NCBI GenBank assembly: GCA_024653775.1
Contig: JANLHZ010000293.1
Coordinates: 400 to 64,399 of the forward strand
DNA from: Planctomycetota bacterium
Lineage (GTDB): Bacteria > Planctomycetota > UBA8742 > JACQVU01 > JANLHZ01
Reading direction: 5' to 3'
DNA length: 64,000 nucleotides
The stretch's first letter is position 1; every line of letters starts with the position of its first letter. Made by a program: the position numbers and the translations under genes. A model generated the notes under the pieces. That model was not told the DNA's origin, did not search any database, and was given only the letters and a program-made list of their open reading frames with translations. This document shows, one piece after another, positions 56,049-64,000 of the stretch.

Positions 56049-57752
56049 TCACTTCACCGGATCTCGCTTTGTGAAGACATAGACCGTCAGCACGCCAAGG
56101 ACCGCGGAAATTCCGTAGAGCCAGCATAGCGCTGCGATTTCGTCGCCCGCGCCGGACGCGCCCGCGAGCACCTTGTCCATCGTGCCCATGATCTCGATGT
56201 ACGAAAGCTCCGGAAGCCCGGCGAAATCGAAAAGCAGATTCGAAACGTGCCAGAGTCCGACGACGCCCAGAATCGAGAACAGCGCGCTACGAAACAGCGC
56301 CGTCGCGAAGAGCGAAAGCGTGACGAGCAGCATCGCGCAGCCTATGACCTTCGCAAACCCGACGAGCATCCAGAAATACGTCACGGACGCGGTGCGCGTG
56401 TCCAGATCGTCCTTGCCTCTACCTGTAAGCGTGTCGAAAATCTCGTCCGCCATCGTGCGGTCCTCTTCGGGCGGAGGCAGCGCGATTTTGACTTCCGCGC
56501 CGAGTCCGAGCAGACCGCGCGCGCCGTTCGAGCTGAAACGTACCACCGCGAAATTCGTGGGACGCTGCCATTTGTCCGGTTCCGTCGTCGCGCCGACGCG
56601 TTCGACCTTCCCGATGAATTCCGTGTCCTCGACCGTGACGTACGCCGTGAGTCCTTCCTTCAGCCTCTGGAAGTCCTCGAAATCGTACACCGGCACGTGC
56701 AGTTCGAACTCCGACAGCGGCGCGACCGTAAGCAGATGCGTCCCCTGCGCAACCCACTGCCCGCTCTGGACCTTCGTCTCGATCAGGTGGCCTGAGATCG
56801 GACTCACGACCACCGCGTGGGTCAGACGCTCGCGGGCCTGCCGCACCTGATCGCTCGCGACGTCATGCGCGCGCTGGGCGCGATCGACCGACGCCGTCTC
56901 GAGAGGAACGCGGTTTCGCGCGGTTTCCAGGTCCCGTTCCCGGCCGTTGACCGCGTCCTCGAGTTTCGCGCGATCGTTTTCGCTGACGCCGACGGTGTTC
57001 GCACGAGCCGCCTCGAACTCGCGCCTCGACTGGGTGAGCGTCTCCTCCGCGGCTACGACCGCACGCTCCGCGTCCTCGACCCTCCGCTCCGCGTTCTCGA
57101 CCTCCTGCCGCGCGTTCTCCTGATCCCTGCGCTTCCACTCGAGATCGTCGAACAGCCTTCGATCGTCGAGCAGAATGAGCACCTGACCCGCGTCGACCTG
57201 ATCTCCGTTTTTCACCTTCATCTCGATGATGTTTCCTTCCGCGCCTGAATAGAGCTGCTGCGGATCGTGAGCTTCGACCTTGGTGTTCCACTCGTTCGAA
57301 GCGACGAAACCCGTGTCGGTGCGGGTGAGCGCGTCCTGACGGATTGCCCAGAATCCAGCGGGAAGAAGCACACCGCCGACAACGAAAAGAATCGCAATCG
57401 ACCTCGCGACCAGCTTCCCCGCGATATATTCGCCTCGCGTAATCCCGCGGCTGAGGATTCCTTCCATCAGGCAGTCAGACTCTCGCATCAGAGCCGACCC
57501 GGCGATAAAAATCACCGCGTGCATCCAGATAATGATGTACGTACCGTAGACCGCCTCGAGCATCCTGATCGCTGGCTCCTCACCCGTCTGCATTCCCTTC
57601 AGAGTAAGCGTGGTGAGCAGCGCACTGACGATGAAAAATCCCCAGCACAGCTTAGACCTCACGATCGATCTCAAATCCGCCGCAGCTATCGTCCGCAGCG
57701 CTCTGAAGGAGATCGATCCTCGAAGCCCGATAATTTTTTGCAACATCGCCAT
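56049..57752 (-). CDS. ABC-2 permease / HlyD-like adaptor fusion, mirror copy.
   Basis: Identical to 6129..7832. Confidence 0.55.
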   Translation of the reverse strand: MAMLQKIIGLRGSISFRALRTIAAADLRSIVRSKLCWGFFIVSALLTTLTLKGMQTGEEPAIRMLEAVYGTYIIIWMHAVIFIAGSALMRESDCLMEGILSRGITRGEYIAGKLVARSIAILFVVGGVLLPAGFWAIRQDALTRTDTGFVASNEWNTKVEAHDPQQLYSGAEGNIIEMKVKNGDQVDAGQVLILLDDRRLFDDLEWKRRDQENARQEVENAERRVEDAERAVVAAEETLTQSRREFEAARANTVGVSENDRAKLEDAVNGRERDLETARNRVPLETASVDRAQRAHDVASDQVRQARERLTHAVVVSPISGHLIETKVQSGQWVAQGTHLLTVAPLSEFELHVPVYDFEDFQRLKEGLTAYVTVEDTEFIGKVERVGATTEPDKWQRPTNFAVVRFSSNGARGLLGLGAEVKIALPPPEEDRTMADEIFDTLTGRGKDDLDTRTASVTYFWMLVGFAKVIGCAMLLVTLSLFATALFRSALFSILGVVGLWHVSNLLFDFAGLPELSYIEIMGTMDKVLAGASGAGDEIAALCWLYGISAVLGVLTVYVFTKRDPVK

Positions 57753-57849
57753 CTGAACATTTTATTCGTGCCGTCTACGAATTATTCGTATTATTTTAAT
57801 CAGCATTTTTAATCATACATAAAATTCGTAGACGGTACGAATTTTATGT

Positions 57850-58818
57850 TCAACTTTCCGCAACGCGAAGCAGTCCGCGATACTCGTCTTCCGAGATCAG
57901 TTTCAGATACGCGTCTTCCAGCCGCCGGGAGGTTGAGTTGATCCCTGCGATTGTGACGCCGGTTTCCTTTGCGAGCGCAAGCAGCGACTCGACCGTCAGA
58001 TGCAGTTCGCCCGCGCCTGAAAGTTCGATCCGCACCGTCCCGCCGTCCTGACAGAGGTCTTCGCGGCCGAGCCTAGATCGCATGGCCGCGCGGAAGTCCC
58101 CCACCGCGCCTTCGAGTCGAAGCTCGAGGATGAATTCGCGAGTCTGATTCTCCAACTCCCCGCGATGCCCGTCGAAGAGTACCTGACCCTGATTCAGGAC
58201 GAGAAGTCTGTCGCAAACGCGGTCCACGTCGCCAAGAATGTGCGAACTCAGGACGATCGTTTTCTTTCCGTGATATTCGTCGAGAAGATCGAGCGTTTGC
58301 CGGCGACTTATCGGATCGAGTCCCGACGTCGGTTCGTCCCAGATCAGAATCTCCGGATCGTTCATAAGCGACGCGGCAATGCCGAGGCGGGTCTTCATGC
58401 CCGTCGAAAAGGTTCCGATCTTCCGCCCGGCGTCGTCGGTAAGCCCGACCGCGCGAAGCAGCGTCCCCATCCTTCCGAGGCGTTCCTTGCGTGGCATACC
58501 GAAGCACTTGCCGACGAACGCGAGGTAGCTGATCGCGGTGAGATCACGCGGATACGCCGGATCGTCGGACAGAAAACCCATTCTCTGGCGGAGAGACTTC
58601 GCGCCCGGGTGCATCGCTTCGCCAAAGACCTGGACGTCGCCTGCGCTTGCGGTTATGAGTCCGAGCGCGATTCTGATCGCGGTGGATTTCCCCGCGCCGT
58701 TCGCGCCGAGCAGTCCGACGGTTACTCCCTTCGGGACCTCGAAGCTGACGTCCGCGAGCGCAACCTGTCTATGCTGGAAGACCTTCGTTACCCGACTGAA
58801 GGTTATGGCGGCATTCAT
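57850..58818 (-). CDS. ABC transporter ATP-binding protein, mirror copy.
   Basis: Mirror of 5063..6031. Confidence 0.85.
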   Translation of the reverse strand: MNAAITFSRVTKVFQHRQVALADVSFEVPKGVTVGLLGANGAGKSTAIRIALGLITASAGDVQVFGEAMHPGAKSLRQRMGFLSDDPAYPRDLTAISYLAFVGKCFGMPRKERLGRMGTLLRAVGLTDDAGRKIGTFSTGMKTRLGIAASLMNDPEILIWDEPTSGLDPISRRQTLDLLDEYHGKKTIVLSSHILGDVDRVCDRLLVLNQGQVLFDGHRGELENQTREFILELRLEGAVGDFRAAMRSRLGREDLCQDGGTVRIELSGAGELHLTVESLLALAKETGVTIAGINSTSRRLEDAYLKLISEDEYRGLLRVAES

Positions 58819-58870
58819 CCTGCACCCGCGGCGTCCTTTCGAGGTCTTCTGGATCGACAAAAAGTGAAAG

Positions 58871-58944
58871 TAGGCCCTGCTGGACTTGAACCAGCGACCA
58901 ATGGATTATGAGTCCACTGCTCTAACCAACTGAGCTAAGGGCCC
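58871..58944 (-). tRNA. tRNA (CAT anticodon, Ile2-like), mirror copy.
   Basis: Reverse complement of 4937..5010. Confidence 0.85.
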
Positions 58945-59054
58945 GGAAAGACCTCGAATATTAGCCTCGGACAATGATTCTATCAACCTGTGGTTATACA
59001 AAAAAAGCGTCCCTTTTGAGGACGCTTTTTTCGAATCTAAACTTTAAAGATCGC

Positions 59055-59405
59055 TTACGAGAGCATCAGATCCTGAATTTCGTTGTCGATAAGCTTGCCG
59101 ACAGCGGCTTCAAGATAAACCGGATCTTCGTAAGTTCCAGCCTGTAGTTTACGTCTGACGTCTTCTATCCGATCATACCGGACTTCGTTAAACGACGCTC
59201 TAACTTCACGTGCGACCGCGTTCACCTCTTCGGCAAGGCGGCCGGCAACGGAAATCTGAACGTCATCGTGACTTCCGGAACCAGACGATTTGACATCTTC
59301 CGACTTCTCAGGCGTTCTGGATTTACCAGATGCCTCGCGCGGACGTGAAACGTCGTTTGCACGAGGGCTGTTGATTTCCCCGAGTGTCATTTTACTCCTC
59401 TCCAT
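59055..59405 (-). CDS. flgM: FlgM anti-sigma-28 factor, mirror copy (terminator 58999..59026, sigma-28 -10 box 59464..59471).
   Basis: Identical to 4476..4826. Confidence 0.6.
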   Translation of the reverse strand: MERSKMTLGEINSPRANDVSRPREASGKSRTPEKSEDVKSSGSGSHDDVQISVAGRLAEEVNAVAREVRASFNEVRYDRIEDVRRKLQAGTYEDPVYLEAAVGKLIDNEIQDLMLS

Positions 59406-59612
59406 AAAAATGGAATCGACTCGAGGTCACGAGTCTGATTAGGACTCGCAACTTCTATTTCATTTATCGGCACCCCCGAGAGAGGTTCTTGAGAATTATT
59501 TGGAAATGAAAGTGAAAGTTGAAAAAAATTAAAGCGTATGCTTTATATTTTGCACCTTGCGCCTTACGGTGTGCACAATATATTGCGCGCGCATACGCAT
59601 GACGGAGCCTGC

Positions 59613-60269
59613 CTATGTCAGACGTCGAATCAGAGGTAGCGACCAGCCGACATCGCTCTGCCGCGCTCGAAAATAATCACGGATACGAAGAACTTTGCCA
59701 ACGTATTCGCGCGTCTCGGTGAATGCGTACGTATTGATCAGTTCCAGAGAGTTCGTGCCGGGGTGGGCGTTCATCCACTTATCGACGTTCCCCGGGCCAG
59801 CGTTGTACGCCGCGAGAGCGAGCGCGACGTCCCCGCAGTGTCGTTCGAGCAGCATTGCCAGATAGTACGAACCGAGATGCAGGTTGTAGCCAGGGTCGGA
59901 GAGTCTGGATTCGTCGTGATTCCAGCCCCGGGTCTGCGCGAGCCATTTCGCGGTGTCCGGCATGATCTGCATCAGTCCGACCGCTCCGGACCGCGAGACC
60001 ACGTCTGGCTGCCCGGCGGATTCCACCTCGATCACCGCTGCAAGCAGACACGGATCGATGCCGTACTGGGCAGCGACTTCCGGAATCAGCGGCGTCGCGA
60101 AATTCGAGACGAAAATGTCGTCGTAAAACAAGTAGACCGCAATTCCCACGCAGATCGAGAGCGCGGCAATACCACGAAATCGAATTCTGATTTTTGATTT
60201 TTGATTTTTGATTTTCATTGGAAACATCTGCGGATTTCGCGAATGACGCAGATTTATTTTTCGGTCCAA
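59613..60269 (-). CDS. SLT lytic transglycosylase, mirror copy (heptamer repeat at 60188..60215).
   Basis: Identical to 3612..4268. Confidence 0.8.
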   Translation of the reverse strand: MDRKINLRHSRNPQMFPMKIKNQKSKIRIRFRGIAALSICVGIAVYLFYDDIFVSNFATPLIPEVAAQYGIDPCLLAAVIEVESAGQPDVVSRSGAVGLMQIMPDTAKWLAQTRGWNHDESRLSDPGYNLHLGSYYLAMLLERHCGDVALALAAYNAGPGNVDKWMNAHPGTNSLELINTYAFTETREYVGKVLRIRDYFRARQSDVGWSLPLIRRLT

Positions 60270-60299
60270 GGAATCAAAAGTAAAGAATCAGCGCCATTT

Positions 60300-61052
60300 C
60301 TACATGATTCCTCGGTTAATCAGAGTCACGATGACGTCGTAGAACACGTGGGTGTAAACCGCGACCGCGAAGCCTCGCGCGAGGAAAAGCGACGCGAACA
60401 GAACGCCGCAGACCGCGCGGAAGACGAACAGCGGAGTGTTGTCGATAACGAGGTCGAGCCCTCCGCTCGATGTGCGCACGAAATGATGCGCGAGCGAAAA
60501 CAGGATCGCCTGCGTCGCGATCGCGAGAATGTAGACGCTAGGCTCGTCCGCCGACTCGTGATGAGTGTCGCGGCGCATCACGAATCTGAAAAAGTTTACA
60601 AGTCCCGTGAGAAGGATCAGCCTGAAAAAGAGTTCCTCGTAAATGCCCGCGCCGAAACTAAGAACGACGTCGAAATAGAGCGTCATTTCGCCTTCGCCCT
60701 GCCCGAGCGAAAGAAGGTTCGCGGAATAGAACGTCGCGAACGCGAGGAACAGAAACGAATAGCCGACGCTTTCGACGAGGACAAGCGGAAACCATTTGAG
60801 CGACACTCCGGTTTCGGTCTTTTTGAGGTAGACGAGGCTGACGAAAATTCCCGCGAAAATCAGCGCGTTGAAAATGTTCTGATGGCCGAACTGGTCCGCG
60901 ATCCATAGAAAAAGGTCGGCGATGGAATTCGTCCGCGACGCCTGCGATTCGCTCGCGAGGCTAAGACCCGCGGTGTAGAGCACGAGTACGGGCATCACGT
61001 ACAGATAGCTCACGGCGAGGTTTTTCGACTGATTAAAATATTCGCGGATCAT
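60300..61052 (-). CDS. CPBP intramembrane protease, mirror copy.
   Basis: Identical to 2829..3581. Confidence 0.65.
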   Translation of the reverse strand: MIREYFNQSKNLAVSYLYVMPVLVLYTAGLSLASESQASRTNSIADLFLWIADQFGHQNIFNALIFAGIFVSLVYLKKTETGVSLKWFPLVLVESVGYSFLFLAFATFYSANLLSLGQGEGEMTLYFDVVLSFGAGIYEELFFRLILLTGLVNFFRFVMRRDTHHESADEPSVYILAIATQAILFSLAHHFVRTSSGGLDLVIDNTPLFVFRAVCGVLFASLFLARGFAVAVYTHVFYDVIVTLINRGIM

Positions 61053-61152
61053 CGTAGGCGGATGAATATCGGTCCTCCCGGGATGAGAGAACGAAGCTCA
61101 GGTCATCTTTCGACGAAGAAAGGTTCAAACTTTAATCGTGGGGAATAGAAAA

Positions 61153-61449
61153 CTACCCGACGACGAGCTTCGCGGCGGTGCTTGCGGTGAGTACCAGCGA
61201 ATACCCCGGCGCGGCTTCCTGATAAAAGCGCAGATGAACGCGCTCGATGTCCTGCACGAATCCAAGATTGAGGTCGGTTGCGTCGAAAACCGGAATCGGC
61301 GGATTGTTATCCACCTGAATGAATCCCAGCCTCGTGAGCGGACCCGGAGCTTCAAGCTCGATCTGCAGCGTATTCGCCTTGACGTAAATCAACGAATCCA
61401 CCGGATTCTGGCTCAAGTCGAAACGGAAAAACCTAAGGTTTGAAGGCAT
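61153..61449 (-). CDS. Hypothetical 98-aa protein, mirror copy.
   Basis: Identical to 2432..2728. Confidence 0.4.
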   Translation of the reverse strand: MPSNLRFFRFDLSQNPVDSLIYVKANTLQIELEAPGPLTRLGFIQVDNNPPIPVFDATDLNLGFVQDIERVHLRFYQEAAPGYSLVLTASTAAKLVVG

Positions 61450-61482
61450 TAAACAACCCTTAAAATGTTGCTATTTTTCAAC

Positions 61483-62199
61483 CTACACTTTGCCACTATA
61501 CAATGTTAACTGAGCGTGTACATTATGACCGTCAACAACACTAGTCTTGCTTACAACGTTGGAAAACGCGTACATCATATTCACAAAATCGAACGAACCA
61601 ACTTCATCGTTCATTTCGATAACAATGTGCGCAACGAACCGTTCGCCAAAGAAATCTTCTGTCTTCGAATCCGGCCCGAATCCATCACGCAATGGAAAGA
61701 TATTGTATTCCCACATTCCATGATTAGTATCCGGACGGCAAAATGAAGCTCGTTTCAAGCCTATACGTCGAACCAATTCAAAATAGTACTTGTTATTATT
61801 TGTATCTGGTTGATCGAGACGTTGCCAGTTAGGAACCCATTTAAACCAACCCAATTGAGTTTCACTAAGCTGTAACCTATAATGAGTTACATAGGTTGAA
61901 ACAGGTCGCCCAAAATGATCGCGAATTTCGCATTCATCGTATCGGATATTGAACACGGCCTCATTGACTGACCGGATAAATATTTCAATACTGTCTGCGT
62001 TTAGTTTAGATTCGACTCTAAAATTACCGGACCAAGACTCCGGAATTTTTTGATTCTCAATGGTCTGCTTGATCAAAGCGTACCGGTGGTAGTCTGGATT
62101 GTAGATGAATAGATACCAGTAAAGACGCGCACCGCCTGCTATTAGAAGAATGAAAACCGAAATCATTATTATCCGTTTTATGAGCCTTCGATTTTTCAT
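61483..62199 (-). CDS. Hypothetical TM-anchored protein, mirror copy (low-GC island).
   Basis: Identical to 1682..2398. Confidence 0.5.
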   Translation of the reverse strand: MKNRRLIKRIIMISVFILLIAGGARLYWYLFIYNPDYHRYALIKQTIENQKIPESWSGNFRVESKLNADSIEIFIRSVNEAVFNIRYDECEIRDHFGRPVSTYVTHYRLQLSETQLGWFKWVPNWQRLDQPDTNNNKYYFELVRRIGLKRASFCRPDTNHGMWEYNIFPLRDGFGPDSKTEDFFGERFVAHIVIEMNDEVGSFDFVNMMYAFSNVVSKTSVVDGHNVHAQLTLYSGKV

Positions 62200-62402
62200 T
62201 TATTCCACTCCTGAAAACTCCCGGTTTCAGTAATCTCAGCCGATCTAATCACAAAACCCGCACCCACGTTGTCACTGGGATTGATGTCCTCCTTTGGTAA
62301 GCTTGGGCACTCCTCCGAGTGGCATATTTTATAGTCGAATTCGTACTTTGGATATAGTTCCAATCTGTCTTCGCCGCCACGGTCAAAGTACCGTTCCGTC
62401 AA
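62196..62402 (-). CDS. Small hypothetical protein, mirror copy.
   Basis: Identical to 1479..1685. Confidence 0.35.
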   Translation of the reverse strand: MTERYFDRGGEDRLELYPKYEFDYKICHSEECPSLPKEDINPSDNVGAGFVIRSAEITETGSFQEWNK

Positions 62403-62489
62403 AAGCGTTTTTAAGTTTACTGTAAGTCATTGGTATAATGGTAGTTATGGAAAAACGAATTCCATGCACGCTCAATAGCTATAAAGCAT

Positions 62490-62909
62490 CTACCGAAAAC
62501 TATTGCTATTGCTTGCATCATCAGTTGTGGCAAAACCTTTTATTGAAACAAATAAAACAACCAACAAAAGCACCTGGGGGATGACAAAGAGAATAGAAGA
62601 CAATGATCCACCTATTATGCCTTTGATAAATCCCATTAAAAACCACCACTGTGTAGACCACATCATCAAAGTTGCAATAAGACATATTTCCATCGCCAAC
62701 TGATACCTGATAAAAAGCATCAATATCCCGGACGTTACCATCGCAAGGAACCCAAACCGAGAAAACAACATAGCAATATTCCAAAGAGCACCAGGACTAA
62801 CTGGACCTGCTGCGTATGACTCTAACATATTTGTAACGGCCGTAACAATTACCAATGCGCCAAATAATAACTTTTTCAAGAAACTGTTTTCAATCGTAGT
62901 ATCGACCAT
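62490..62909 (-). CDS. Small 4-TM membrane protein, mirror copy.
   Basis: Identical to 972..1391. Confidence 0.5.
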   Translation of the reverse strand: MVDTTIENSFLKKLLFGALVIVTAVTNMLESYAAGPVSPGALWNIAMLFSRFGFLAMVTSGILMLFIRYQLAMEICLIATLMMWSTQWWFLMGFIKGIIGGSLSSILFVIPQVLLLVVLFVSIKGFATTDDASNSNSFR

Positions 62910-62932
62910 TTATCAACTTGATCCTTTATCTG

Positions 62933-63943
62933 TTATTCATTCTTTGTTGGGCAGCAATTGCAGACTAAATTTGAAATTGTTCCTGACATCTCTTTAGTCC
63001 ATTCAGCATCTGGAAGTAATGACAGTGGCACTTGTCCGTGTGCCACATGATCAAACGAGTATACAGCCTGAGGCGCTTGCTGCACCCAGTCATCGCCGCC
63101 AGAAATCCAAACTTCATAATTTGGAAATCCATCATGTTTCATTGTAAAATTCCAGTAAATCGTCCCGTCAGAAAGCCACGCATTCATATCAAAAACAATG
63201 TCGATAGCTGGGGCTAAAGAAATAAATGGATTGCTTTCGGCAGATTCCATGTGGATTTCTACCTTGCAATTATTTGGAAATACCGCGTTACCAGTCGTAT
63301 GTGCGCCGGAGGCCCTTGCTTCTTCTCTTTTCACTATAGACGGCCTAACGATCGGAATGCCGTAATACGATGATCTGGCATATTCCAACTTAACTCGACG
63401 AGTTGTCCCAATGCCATATGAAAACAACTGCTGCTGATTGCAAAAATCAATTTTATACTTCATCCACACTCGGCTTTTTGTTTGTGTTTCTGCCGAGCTA
63501 CTTGCCGGTCCTCGGTCGTCACCCTCGAATTCGTACCACGAAATCAGGCCAATATCAGATGGGTCATCGATATACTTCTCTGGAATGTAAGCACCGACAA
63601 GAACTTCAAATGTACAAGTAGAGACACGAGTCTTTAGACCCAGCACATTTCTACTTACCGGTCGTGAATTAACCTGACTTTCATTCTTTTCCATAAATGA
63701 AATTCCGTCTCTCACGCTGGAAGGAATCCGGTCAAGTTTTTCATGTATCAAATTTTCTTGGTCAATCTTTATGATCGGCATCATCTCTTGGCCGTGGTCA
63801 ATTTCTTTAGTACGTTCAATGGCATTAAATTCAGGAATTGCAGAAATCGGAACTGACCCTTTGTCGTCTATTCCAGCGGGATCAAGGCGTTCACTATCGC
63901 TTTCATTGCTTTGCAGGAATTGGCGAGCTTCTTTGCGTATCAA
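62933..63943 (-). CDS. Hypothetical protein, complete 336-aa copy (the left-arm copy is truncated by the window start).
   Basis: Start MIRKEARQFLQ... The C-terminal 283 aa are identical to 97..948. Confidence 0.5.
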   Translation of the reverse strand: MIRKEARQFLQSNESDSERLDPAGIDDKGSVPISAIPEFNAIERTKEIDHGQEMMPIIKIDQENLIHEKLDRIPSSVRDGISFMEKNESQVNSRPVSRNVLGLKTRVSTCTFEVLVGAYIPEKYIDDPSDIGLISWYEFEGDDRGPASSSAETQTKSRVWMKYKIDFCNQQQLFSYGIGTTRRVKLEYARSSYYGIPIVRPSIVKREEARASGAHTTGNAVFPNNCKVEIHMESAESNPFISLAPAIDIVFDMNAWLSDGTIYWNFTMKHDGFPNYEVWISGGDDWVQQAPQAVYSFDHVAHGQVPLSLLPDAEWTKEMSGTISNLVCNCCPTKNE

Positions 63944-64000
63944 ATATATTTCCTGCTCGGGAACGTCGAGTTTTATGAAGTATTCGAATTCCGTTGGTGT

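Larger units (their letters stand above)
1..63880. repeat. Perfect inverted duplication (palindrome). Arm 1..31940 is the reverse complement of 31941..63880, with no spacer.
   Basis: All ORF pairs have identical translations and coordinates summing to 63881 (e.g. 30663..31871 and 32010..33218; 11334..15140 and 48741..52547). The sequence is palindromic through the axis. Confidence 0.97.

Noticed and set aside
1-64000. Searched for rRNA genes, CRISPR arrays, integrases/transposases and toxin-antitoxin pairs.
   Set aside because: None were found. The only RNA gene is the CAT-anticodon tRNA, present once per arm.

Overview
The window is a high-GC (~60%) bacterial chromosomal segment. Its dominant property is that the whole 64 kb is one perfect palindrome. 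Positions 1..31940 and 31941..63880 are exact reverse complements of each other (mirror of x = 63881 - x) with no spacer at the axis ...gaaatagtca|tgactatttc.... The last 120 bp simply extend the mirror of sequence lying left of position 1. Every gene is therefore present twice, in opposite orientation.

One arm encodes the following. A low-GC (~40-45%) island of four co-directional unknown genes (1..2400). A CPBP intramembrane protease. An SLT-family lytic transglycosylase with a heptamer microsatellite at its 5' end. The anti-sigma-28 factor FlgM behind a GCCGATAA -10 box. A CAT-anticodon tRNA closely resembling tRNA-Ile2. An ABC ATPase plus a permease fused to a HlyD-like adaptor domain. 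A CE4-like deacetylase, malate dehydrogenase and GTP cyclohydrolase I (folE). A 1268-aa BatA/VWA-like membrane protein divergent from a HerA/FtsK-like ATPase. Glucose-6-phosphate isomerase (pgi), a BON lipoprotein and glucosamine-6-phosphate deaminase (nagB). A HEAT-repeat lipoprotein and an HDOD protein. A MITE-like AT-rich insertion. Release factor 2 (prfB) with its canonical +1 frameshift site. A GNAT acetyltransferase. A secreted CAP-domain protein preceded by a (CTAACAA)4 repeat. A membrane protein with a histone-H1-like KAAP tail. An AAA/DUF4143 ATPase whose promoter region forms the palindrome axis.

No rRNA, CRISPR array, integrase or transposase was seen. The palindrome itself is the most important thing to resolve: assembly or amplification artefact, hairpin-telomere or head-to-head dimer junction, or a real inverted duplication.
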